Source of the DNA: an uncultured Thermoleophilaceae bacterium
GTDB taxonomy: Bacteria > Actinomycetota > Thermoleophilia > Solirubrobacterales > Thermoleophilaceae
Direction: 5' to 3'
DNA: 64,000 bases
NCBI GenBank assembly: GCA_963734365.1
Contig: CAVTGV010000003.1
Coordinates: 84,794-148,793, forward strand
Within the stretch, counting starts at the first letter, position 1. Each line of letters starts with the position of its first letter. A program made the translations under genes and the position numbers. This document shows positions 9,140 through 17,262 of the stretch, one piece after another. The notes below the pieces were generated by a model. The model was given only the letters and a program-made list of their open reading frames with translations, made no database searches and had not been told where the DNA came from.

Positions 9140-10219
9140 ATGGCCCCTTCCGCCACCGCGGCGGCCGAGGTCGTGGTGGTCGGGGCGGGAATCGTGGGGC
9201 TGTCCACCGCCTACGCGCTCGCCGAGCGCGGCGTGGACTTCCGGGTGTTCGAGGGCGCCCGGCCCGGCGCGGGGCAGTCGGCAGGGCGCACCCGCATCTT
9301 CCGTCACGCGCACCGGCGCCCGGAGCTGGTGCGCCTGGCCGCCGAGTCGCGGGCCATCTGGGAGGAATGGCAGGAGCGTCTGGACGTGCAGCTGCTCGGC
9401 CGCCAGGGCCTTGTGGTCACCGGCTCCCACGCCCCTGACCTGGAGACCATGCTTGTGGCGGAGGGCCTGCCCGCACGGCTGCTCGACCCGGCCGATCGGC
9501 AGCGTGTGCTGCCGATCATGGGACCGGTGGAGGCGCCCGCCGTGCTCGACGAGCTGGCCGGCCCCACCGATGTCCGCGCGGCCATCGCCACCTTGGCGGC
9601 CGCGCTCGGCGACCGCCTGAGCGCCGGCCAGGTGTTCCGGGTCGATCCGGGCGAGCCCGCGGTGGTGGAGACCTCCGAGGGGATCTGGCACGCCGAGCGA
9701 GTGGTGATCTGCGCGGGGGTCGGCATCCGCGAGCTGGCTCCGGCCGCGGGTTTCCACGTCCCGGTGTCCGTGGGCTGTCACGTACGGGCGAGCTTTCCGC
9801 TGCGCGATCCGTCGCTGGCCGGCCGGCTGCCCTGTCTCCAGGAGCAGAGCGGCGACCACTGCGAGATGGTCTACGCCTCCCCGGTGCCCGGGGCCCCGCT
9901 CTACGGCGTGGGCCTCGTCGGCGACGATGCCGAGGTCTCGCTCGAAGCCGGCCGGGAGGCGGGGGTGGCGTCGATGGTGTCCCGGATCGCCGCGTACGTG
10001 CGGGAGGCCCTGCCCGGCCTCGACCCGGAGCCGGCCGAGCTCAGGCTGTGCCTGACCACGATGCTCCCCGAGGGTGACGACACGTGCCGGGTGTGGGAGA
10101 ACGGCTCGGTGCTCGCCGTGGCGGGCGACAACCTCTTCAAGTTCGGCCCACTGCTGGGAAGACGCCTCGCCGCGGCCGCGCTGGGCGAGGGCCTGCTGGA
10201 CCTCACACGCGCGTCGTGA
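9140..10219 (+). CDS. FAD-dependent oxidoreductase (DAO / sarcosine-oxidase-like family)
   Basis: N-terminal Rossmann motif VVVVGAGIVGLSTAYALAERG; 359 aa. Confidence 0.8.
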   Translation: MAPSATAAAEVVVVGAGIVGLSTAYALAERGVDFRVFEGARPGAGQSAGRTRIFRHAHRRPELVRLAAESRAIWEEWQERLDVQLLGRQGLVVTGSHAPDLETMLVAEGLPARLLDPADRQRVLPIMGPVEAPAVLDELAGPTDVRAAIATLAAALGDRLSAGQVFRVDPGEPAVVETSEGIWHAERVVICAGVGIRELAPAAGFHVPVSVGCHVRASFPLRDPSLAGRLPCLQEQSGDHCEMVYASPVPGAPLYGVGLVGDDAEVSLEAGREAGVASMVSRIAAYVREALPGLDPEPAELRLCLTTMLPEGDDTCRVWENGSVLAVAGDNLFKFGPLLGRRLAAAALGEGLLDLTRAS

Positions 10220-10220
10220 C

Positions 10221-10775
10221 CTAGACGGACGATTCCACGGGCGTGTCGACCTCACGGATCAGAGCCTCGAGCAGGTCGTACAGGCGCTCGCCCAGCTCCG
10301 GCATCACGAGCTCGTCGTCGGGGCTCAAGGCCAGCTCGGCGGTGGGCACCGGGAGCTCCTCGTCGAGCACGCGGGCGCCCGCGTGGCGCAGGACTTTACG
10401 CAACTCGGCCTGGGCCCAGACGGCCCCGAACAGGCCGGTGCTCGCGCCGATCACCGCCGCCGGCTGATCGCGCAGCGCGTTGTCGGGAAAAGGCCGCGAG
10501 GCCCAGTCGACGGCGTTCTTCAAGAGCCCCGGAATGGAGGCGTTGTACTCGGGTGTGCTGAAGAGCAACGCGTCGGCCGCGGCGATCTCGTCGCGCAGGT
10601 TCCGCACGGAGGGCGGCGGATCGGTCTCGTGGTCCTCGTCGAAGGGCGGGATCTGCGCCAGCTCCCGGTAGAGGTCGAGCTCCGCTCCGGGCGGCAGCGA
10701 ACGGGCCGCCGCCCGGAGCAGACGGGAGTTGTACGAACCGCGCCTGAGCGATCCCGAGATGCCCAGGATGCGCAT
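10221..10775 (-). CDS. NADPH-dependent FMN reductase
   Basis: MRILGISGSLRRGSYNSRLL N-terminus and TPEYNASIPG motif. Confidence 0.85.
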   Translation of the reverse strand: MRILGISGSLRRGSYNSRLLRAAARSLPPGAELDLYRELAQIPPFDEDHETDPPPSVRNLRDEIAAADALLFSTPEYNASIPGLLKNAVDWASRPFPDNALRDQPAAVIGASTGLFGAVWAQAELRKVLRHAGARVLDEELPVPTAELALSPDDELVMPELGERLYDLLEALIREVDTPVESSV

Positions 10776-10779
10776 CGCC

Positions 10780-11334
10780 CTAGCCCTGTGACTCGTCAGC
10801 CGCCGACAGCGCCAGATTCACGCTGAGCGTGACCTCGTAGTCGAGCGCGATGCCGCCGCCCGGCAGCTCCATCTGCCAGTCGAAGCCGAAGTCGCGGCGG
10901 TCGAAGGAGGTCTCGAGCTCGAGGCCGGCCTTTGTGCCTCCGGGACCGGGGCGAGGCTCGAACCACGTGCCGGTGGCCACCACCGGACGTGTGGTCTCGC
11001 GGATGGTGAGCTCACCCTCGACGCGGGCGCTGCCGTCCTCGGCAAGGTCCACGTTCGTCGACCGAAACGACACCGTGGGGTGGTTCTCGACGTCGAAGAA
11101 CTCGGGGCCGAGCACGTGCGCCCGAAACTGGGGCGGGTTCTGGATGGAGATCGAATCCACGTTCGCGCCGCCCTCCAGCGACAGTCCGGAGTCGCCGGAG
11201 CGGAGGGTCGCCTCGACGTCGCTGAGGGTCCCGCGATAGTCGGACAGGCCCGAATAGCGGACGGCGAAGCCGAACGAGGAGTGGATCGGATCGGATACGT
11301 AGGTGCCCGAGAAGGGCTGCACTGCGGTGGTCAT
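10780..11334 (-). CDS. YceI family periplasmic/lipid-binding-like protein
   Basis: YceI-like sequence (HSSFGFAVRYSGLSDYRG...). AGGAGG lies 7 nt before ATG 11334 (MTTAVQPF). Confidence 0.85.
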   Translation of the reverse strand: MTTAVQPFSGTYVSDPIHSSFGFAVRYSGLSDYRGTLSDVEATLRSGDSGLSLEGGANVDSISIQNPPQFRAHVLGPEFFDVENHPTVSFRSTNVDLAEDGSARVEGELTIRETTRPVVATGTWFEPRPGPGGTKAGLELETSFDRRDFGFDWQMELPGGGIALDYEVTLSVNLALSAADESQG

Positions 11335-11352
11335 TCGAAGGACCTCCTGATA

Positions 11353-11367
11353 GTGGTTCGTAACCAC
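11353..11367. promoter_or_regulatory. Candidate MarR operator GTGGTT-N3-AACCAC
   Basis: Perfect 6-bp inverted repeat in the low-GC yceI/marR divergent intergenic region. A larger imperfect repeat GATAGTGG...CCAGTATC surrounds it. Confidence 0.35.
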
Positions 11368-11420
11368 AATGGTACACTACCAGTATCGTGATGATGTGCG
11401 ACGGCGTTAATCTCGACGAC

Positions 11421-11933
11421 ATGGCCCATGTCCCCGCCTCGATCTCCGCTCAAGACGAGACGCGGCTCCCCTACGGAGTGCTGCTCGCCCGCCTCGGGCA
11501 GGAATCGACCGCGCGCTTCCGGCGTGCGCTGCGCCCGCTCAACCTGACCGCCCAGCAGTTCATCGTGATGAAGCAGCTGGAGGCGCTCGGCCCGTCCTCA
11601 CAGGCCGCTGTGGCCGACGGCCTGGGGATCGACTACAGCAACCTCGCCGGCGTGACCTCGAGCCTCTACGAGCGCGGCCTGATCGGGCGCACCCGCGACG
11701 AGTCCGACCGCCGCCGCTACGTGATCGAGCTCACCGGCGACGGGCGCCGGCTGCTGCGCGACGCCGACAACGCGATCGGGACCGGTGAGGACGACCTGCT
11801 GGGCTCCCTGGACGAGCTCGAACGCGAGCAGCTGTGGGACCTGCTGCGGCGCCTGGCCGACTCGCTGGAGCTGTGCCCCGGCGCCGAGGTCGAGGAGTGC
11901 TCGAAGGCGCTCTCGTCCGAAGCCTCCGGCTGA
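11421..11933 (+). CDS. MarR family transcriptional regulator
   Basis: Winged-HTH core LTAQQFIVMKQLEALGPSSQAAVADGLGIDYSNLAGVTSSLYERGLIGR..DRRR. The start could be 11388. Confidence 0.8.
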   Translation: MAHVPASISAQDETRLPYGVLLARLGQESTARFRRALRPLNLTAQQFIVMKQLEALGPSSQAAVADGLGIDYSNLAGVTSSLYERGLIGRTRDESDRRRYVIELTGDGRRLLRDADNAIGTGEDDLLGSLDELEREQLWDLLRRLADSLELCPGAEVEECSKALSSEASG

Positions 11934-11957
11934 GACCGACCACGGTTGCCAGCGGGG

Positions 11958-12515
11958 TTACAGCGGCTTCTCGTAGATCGCCAGGTCGCACGGGGTGGCC
12001 AGCAGGGGCGCGAGGTGCGGATAGGCGTCGTCCAGCGTGCTGATCCGGCTGAGGCGGTAGCCGCGCCGGCCGTACCACGCCCTGAGGAACTCCTTCTCAG
12101 GATGGCTCCAGCCGCGTGGGAGGAGCAGCTCGAGCTGCATGGCGCGGAGCCCGCGGTCACGGCTCGAGCCTTCGGCGAAGTCGAGGAGCGCTCGGCCGAT
12201 ACCGGAGCCGCGCCGCTCTGGGGCGGCCACCAGCAGCCCGAACTCGCTGACGTCGTCGGCGATGTCGTGGAGGCGGACGCTGCCGACGATCACATCCGCC
12301 GAGGCGGCTACCACCACCTCGCGCGCCCTGATCAGCTCTGCGAGCTCGGACGGCGTGGTTCGCGTGGCTCCGGTGCGCCATAGCCCGCTCTCGGTGGTCG
12401 CGTAGACGGAGTTGATGAGATCGCTCAGGTGCTCGAGGAGCCGGCCGTCTTCACCTGCCGCGGGCTCCAGCGTCCGGACCTCGATGGCGGTCGTGGCTCG
12501 GCTCTCAAGGCTCAT
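11958..12515 (-). CDS. GNAT family N-acetyltransferase
   Basis: Acetyl-CoA motif RRGSGIGRALLDFAE; 185 aa. Confidence 0.8.
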   Translation of the reverse strand: MSLESRATTAIEVRTLEPAAGEDGRLLEHLSDLINSVYATTESGLWRTGATRTTPSELAELIRAREVVVAASADVIVGSVRLHDIADDVSEFGLLVAAPERRGSGIGRALLDFAEGSSRDRGLRAMQLELLLPRGWSHPEKEFLRAWYGRRGYRLSRISTLDDAYPHLAPLLATPCDLAIYEKPL

Positions 12516-12594
12516 GACCCGATGATGGCCAACGACATCGAGTGATGCAATTCATAGTTCTCACACAAGCGATCGTTTCGTATCATCCTTCGCC

Positions 12595-13476
12595 ATCGAT
12601 CTCCGGCAGCTGAAAAGCGTCGAGGCGGTGGCGCGCCACCGTCACTTCACCCGGGCCGCGGAGGAGCTCCACCTCTCGCAGTCGGCGCTGTCACACCAGA
12701 TTCGGCGGCTCGAGCGGGAGCTCGGCACCCCGCTGTTCGAGCGCACGAGCCGCCGCGTGACGCCCACTCAGGCAGGACTGGCGATCGCCGCTCGAGCCCG
12801 CCGTGTCCTAGCGGAGGTGAATGGAGCACGTGAGGAGGTCGACGAGCTCCGCGGCGTGCTGCGCGGCCGCATCTGGATCGGGGCGCTCCTGCCTGCAGGG
12901 GACCTGGACGTTCCCGGCCTGCTGGCGCGCTTCAGCCGAGACCACCCGGGCATCGAGGTCGGGCTCCGCGAGGGCATCGCCGCCGACATGCTCCAGTTCC
13001 TGGCTGCCGACGAGCTCGACGCGGCCTTCTGCCTACTGGCCGGCGAGATCCCCGACGAGCTCGACTCCGAGCGACTTACCGACGAGGAGGTGGTGGCCGC
13101 CTTCGCCCCCGACCGTGCGCCGCGGGGGCCCGACGTCGGCGCGGCCGAGCTCGCCGAAGCCGTGCTCGTCGCGCCTCGCCGCGGCTCGGCGATCACCTCG
13201 GCCTTGGACGAGCTGTTCGCCGGAGCGGGGCAGCCACTTCGGCTCGCCCTCGAGAGCGGCGACCCGTTCCTACTGCGCTCCCTCGCCGCACGAGGCTTCG
13301 GCACGGCGATTCTGCCTCGCTCGATGATCGGGCTGGAAGGACCGGCCGTGGCAGTGCGAAGACTGCGCCCGGCCATTCGCCTGCCCGTGGCTCTGGTCTG
13401 GCGCCGCGAGCGCAACGCGCCGCCCGCGGCACGCAAGTTCATCGAGTTCGTCCGGCGGGAGACGGCCGGCTCCTAG
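12595..13476 (+). CDS. LysR family transcriptional regulator (apparent ATC at the expected start position)
   Basis: HTH HFTRAAEELHLSQSALSHQIRRLERELG. The conserved N-terminal I-DLRQLKSVEAV lies upstream of the first canonical start (GTG 12628). The frame is open only from 12526 and has no ATG/GTG/TTG before 12628. Confidence 0.75.
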   Translation: MDLRQLKSVEAVARHRHFTRAAEELHLSQSALSHQIRRLERELGTPLFERTSRRVTPTQAGLAIAARARRVLAEVNGAREEVDELRGVLRGRIWIGALLPAGDLDVPGLLARFSRDHPGIEVGLREGIAADMLQFLAADELDAAFCLLAGEIPDELDSERLTDEEVVAAFAPDRAPRGPDVGAAELAEAVLVAPRRGSAITSALDELFAGAGQPLRLALESGDPFLLRSLAARGFGTAILPRSMIGLEGPAVAVRRLRPAIRLPVALVWRRERNAPPAARKFIEFVRRETAGS

Positions 13477-13889
13477 CGTCGGCCGGACCGCCGCTGGGCA
13501 TCTGCCCTGCCTGCGGCTCAGGCCGTCCGTCGGGATCTTTCGCTCCTCTGAGCCCTCGTCGGCCAGGGGTACGGGTCGAGCCGGTCGAGGCGGGTCGTGG
13601 GCTCGTCGGAGCAGCTGCGCCTCGGTGGGCGATGGGGGCCGTTTGGCGGCCGGCCGACACCGGTTGTGAAGTAGCCGGGGCGCCCCTGGTGGAGGCGGTT
13701 TTGCGTATACGTGCACGGGTTTTCGGGGGTTAAAAATTCGCAATTTGCGGGAAAACCGAGCGAATCTTGTGCGTTGGTTGGTCGAGCAGTGCGAAGTGGT
13801 GGGTAGGTCGAAACGGTCTCGAGGGATCCCTTTGTGAGTGTCGAACGAACAGCACCAGTAGTGGCCCGGCCGGAGGTCGGGGGCTCCGC

Positions 13890-16800
13890 ATGAAGCGTCT
13901 GGCGACAGCAGCGGCTGTCGCCTGCGCAGCCTTGGCGGCCTGGGCACCCAGCGCCGGTGCCCAGCTTCCCGCCGCTCCCGCTGCTCCGTCGTTGACCGAT
14001 CCCGCCGCGGCGGTTTCCGATGTCACGGAAGCGGTTCCCGCGGTGGCCGAGGCGGTCCCCGAGGTCGTCGAAGCGGTCCCGGACGCGACCGAGGTGGCTG
14101 CCGCGCCGACGCCGGCGGCCGACCCGCCGGCCGCGCCTCAGCCTGAGGCCGCCCCGGCTCCGGTCGACTCGCCGTCGTCCACTCCGGCCGCGCCTTCGGA
14201 CGGCGGTGGCCGAGCCATCGACCCAGCAGGCCGATCCGGTGAGCGCGCCGGCCGAGGACAGCGCGCCGGCCCCTGCTCCCTCCGAGAGCGTGGCCTCGCC
14301 GAGCGACGGCACCGACAGCGCACCGGCTTCGCTGCCGGCGAGCCGCCGATGTCGTCGCGCCGGTGACCGATGCCGCGGACGACGTGGTCGCCGCGCTGCC
14401 GCTCGAGACGACCGACACCAGCGAAACGATCGACACGCCCGACGCGCCCGTGCCGCCTCTGCCCGAAGCGGACGCTGCCCCCTCGACGCCGGGGACGACC
14501 GAGACTCCGGCCCTGCCCGTCCCGGCACCCGCCCCGGCCGCTGCCGACGACCCGCCCCTGGCGGCAGTCGAGCCGCCGACGGGCTGCTCGCCGGTGACCG
14601 ACACAACCAATGACCTGGTCGGCCCCGACAGACACCGCCGACGACGTTGCGGGCGTTCTCACCCAGCCGGCCGATCCGGTGGCCCCGGCCGAGACGTCCG
14701 GCGACGTGGTTGCCCCGCTGACTGACGCGGGCGACGATCTGGTGGCGCCGGTGGCCGAGACGTCCGGCGATGTGGTTTCTCCGCTGGGCGACGTCGCCAC
14801 CGATCTGATGGCACCGGTCACCGACATCGCGGACGACGTGGCGGCCCCGGTGACGGACGCCGCTGACGATCTGGTCGCGCCGGTCACGGATGCCACGGAC
14901 GGTCTGGTCGCGCCGGTCGCGGACGTCACGGATGATCTGCTGGCACCGGTCGCGGATGCCGCGGACGATCTGGTCGCCCCGGTCGCCGACGCCACGGATG
15001 ATCTGCTCGCCCCGGTCGCGGATGCCACGGACGATCTGCTGGCACCGGTCGCGGACGTCACGGATGATCTGCTGGCCCCGGTCACGGACGTCACGGACGA
15101 TCTGCTGGCCCCGGTCGCGGACGTCGACGGACGATCTGGTCGCCCCGGTCGCCGGACGTCACGGACGATCTGCTCGCCCCGGTCGCCGACGTGACGGACG
15201 ATCTGGTCGCCCCGGTCACGGACGTCACGGACGATCTGCTGGCCCCGGTCGCCGACGTGACGGACGATCTGCTCGCCCCGGTCACGGACGTGACGGACGA
15301 TCTGCTCGCCCCGGTCACGGACGTCACGGACGATCTGCTGGCCCCGGTCGCCGACGTGACGGACGATCTGGTCGCCCCGGTCACGGACGTCACGGACGAT
15401 CTGCTGGCCCCGGTCGCCGACGTGACGGATGATCTGCTGGCCCCGGTCGCGGACGTCACGGACGATCTGCTGGCCCCGGTCGCCGACGTCACGGATGATC
15501 TGCTGGCCCCGGTCGCCGACGTCACGGATGATCTGCTGGCCCCGGTCGCCGACGTCACGGACGATCTGCTGGCCCCGGTCGCGGACGTCACGGATGATCT
15601 GCTGGCCCCGGTCGCCGATCTCACGGACGATCTGCTGACCCCGGTCGCCGACGTCACGGACGATCTGCTCGCTCCGGTCACGGACGTGACGGATGATCTG
15701 CTGGCCCCGGTCGCCGATCTCACGGATGATCTGCTGGCCCCGGTCACGGACGTGACGGATGATCTGCTGGCCCCGGTCGCCGATCTCACGGATGATCTGC
15801 TGGCCCCGGTCGCCGACGTCACGGATGATCTGCTGGCCCGGTGGCCGATCTCACGGATGATCTGCTGGCGCCGGTCACGGACGTCACGGATGATCTGCTG
15901 GCCCCGGTCGCCGACTCACGGATGATCTGCTGGCCCCGGTCGCCGACGTCACGGATGATCTGCTGGCCCCGGTCGCCGATCGTCACGGATGATCTGCTGG
16001 CCCCGGTCGCCGATGTCACGGATGATCTGCTCGCCCCGGTCGCGGATGTCACGGATGATCTGCTGGCGCCGGTCACGGACGTGACGGATGATCTGCTGGC
16101 CCCGGTGGCCGATCTCACGGATGATCTGCTGGCGCCGGTCACGGACGTCACAGATGATCTGCTCGCCCCGGTTGCGGACGCTGCCGACGATCTGCTCGCC
16201 CCGGTCACCAACACCGCCGACGATCTGCTGGCTCCGGTGACTGATGCCGCGGATGATCTGCTCGCCTCGGTGCTCGACGAGGCCGGCGCTCTTGTCGGAC
16301 CGTTGGTTGCACCGGTGACGGGGACGCTGGCGCCCATCGTTGATTCAGTCGCACCGGTGTTCGCTGGGCTGGATCAGGCCCTTTCACCGGTAGGCGGACT
16401 GGTGGCGCCCCTTACCGGCTCGCTCCCCCGGGTGGATGTCGATCTGGGCGTCGAACTCCCTGGCCCCCACGCCGGTTCCCCGGTGCCGACCTCGGGACCC
16501 GTGGTCAACGACCGCGGTGTGGCCGCGCTCAAGGATCCGCCGGTGAGCTCGTCCCCGACCGGGATGGGTCTCGGGTCGCCGACACTCTCGCCGACGCCGG
16601 CTGACTCCGGCTCGTCGGTTCACGCCCGCAACTTCGCCGCCGGAACTGGCAACGCGGCCGAATCCATGCCGCTATGGGCCGCAGCCCCGTTCGCGCATGC
16701 TGTTGCTGTCGCCACCGTGGGTGTGCCTGCTGGTGACGTTGGGTCCTCGCAGCGGCCGGTGGGTGGCGGTTCGGCGCCTGCGCCGGCGCCGGCGGCGAGT

Positions 16801-16968
16801 TCGGCTGCGGGTTCGGCGGGTGGGTTTGGGTTTGGTTTCAGCTCTTTGTTTGCTCTTCTTGCTTCTCTGGCGGCGTTTGCCGCTTTCCGCTATGGCCGGC
16901 GTTTGCGTTTGGCGCCGGTGTTGTGGCGGCCGGCGGCTTTTGTGGCCGTCATCGAGCGGCCTGGTTAG
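13890..16968 (+). pseudogene. Secreted, C-terminally anchored acidic tandem-repeat protein (~1000 codons), interrupted by at least 8 single-base indels in this sequence
   Basis: GGAGG plus ATG 13890. Signal peptide MKRLATAAAVACAALAAWAPSAGA. The coding sense passes through frames 0,1,2,0,2,1 across tracked ORFs 13767-, 14020-, 14363-, 14610-, 15191- and 15841-. C-terminal helix LFALLASLAAFAAF followed by RYGRRLR. Confidence 0.7.
14700..16290 (+). repeat. 33-bp (11-codon) tandem coding repeat array, consensus GACGTCACGGACGATCTGCTGGCCCCGGTCGCC = DVTDDLLAPVA
   Basis: The period is visible directly in the sequence. Roughly 45-50 units, estimated from length divided by period and not counted one by one. 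More degenerate units flank the core at about 14640-14700 and 16290-16400. Confidence 0.9.
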
Positions 16969-17039
16969 CCCTTTCGGGGTCGATCAGGTCTGCCTGGGTG
17001 CTGTGCGTGCCTGGGCCAATCGCTCGATGAGGAGAAACC

Positions 17040-17237
17040 ATGTTTTCGACATATGGCTCGGGCATCCGGCGAGCCGGGCTGGTGGCAGTGATTGCCGCTG
17101 TGGTCCTGTTGTGGGTGCCCGCTACCGGCTTTGCCGCCGGCGCCTCGGGGACGGCGACGTTGCGTCCCGTGCTGGCACCGGTCGGCGCAGGCCGGGACGG
17201 CCCCGGTGGCGAGGTGGGCGGGGTATTGGACCCCTAG
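17040..17237 (+). CDS. Small signal-anchor ORF, possibly the severed N-terminus of the downstream gene
   Basis: GAGGAG lies 6 nt before ATG 17040. MFSTYGSGIRRAGLVAVIAAVVLLWVPATGFAAG reads as a positive N-region followed by a TM helix. Confidence 0.5.
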   Translation: MFSTYGSGIRRAGLVAVIAAVVLLWVPATGFAAGASGTATLRPVLAPVGAGRDGPGGEVGGVLDP

Positions 17238-17262
17238 GGCCCATTCGCGTGCCGAGGGGCTA

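Noticed and set aside
7465-9207. 580-aa minus-strand ORF opposite the sigma factor and downstream genes
   Set aside because: Antisense shadow ORF with low-complexity Arg/Gly/Ala composition.
14700-16290. 33-bp periodic array considered as a CRISPR array
   Set aside because: The units are contiguous with no spacers and are not palindromic. They maintain an 11-codon reading frame inside a gene. No cas genes are present.
14138-16337. Long minus-strand ORFs (14138..15094, 15091..15822, 15819..16337) encoding TSATGASRSSV repeats
   Set aside because: They are mirror-frame translations of the plus-strand 33-bp repeat. They have no RBS or signal and a Ser/Arg-rich composition. The plus strand has a proper SD, signal peptide and C-terminal anchor.
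17092-17262. Tracked start (17092) of the PG-binding/recombinase-like ORF
   Set aside because: The first ~57 residues (MPLWSCCGCPLPALPPAPRGRRRC...) are Cys/Arg/Pro-rich and overlap the well-initiated small ORF 17040..17237 in another frame. GTG 17263, or fusion to the small ORF via an indel, is more plausible.
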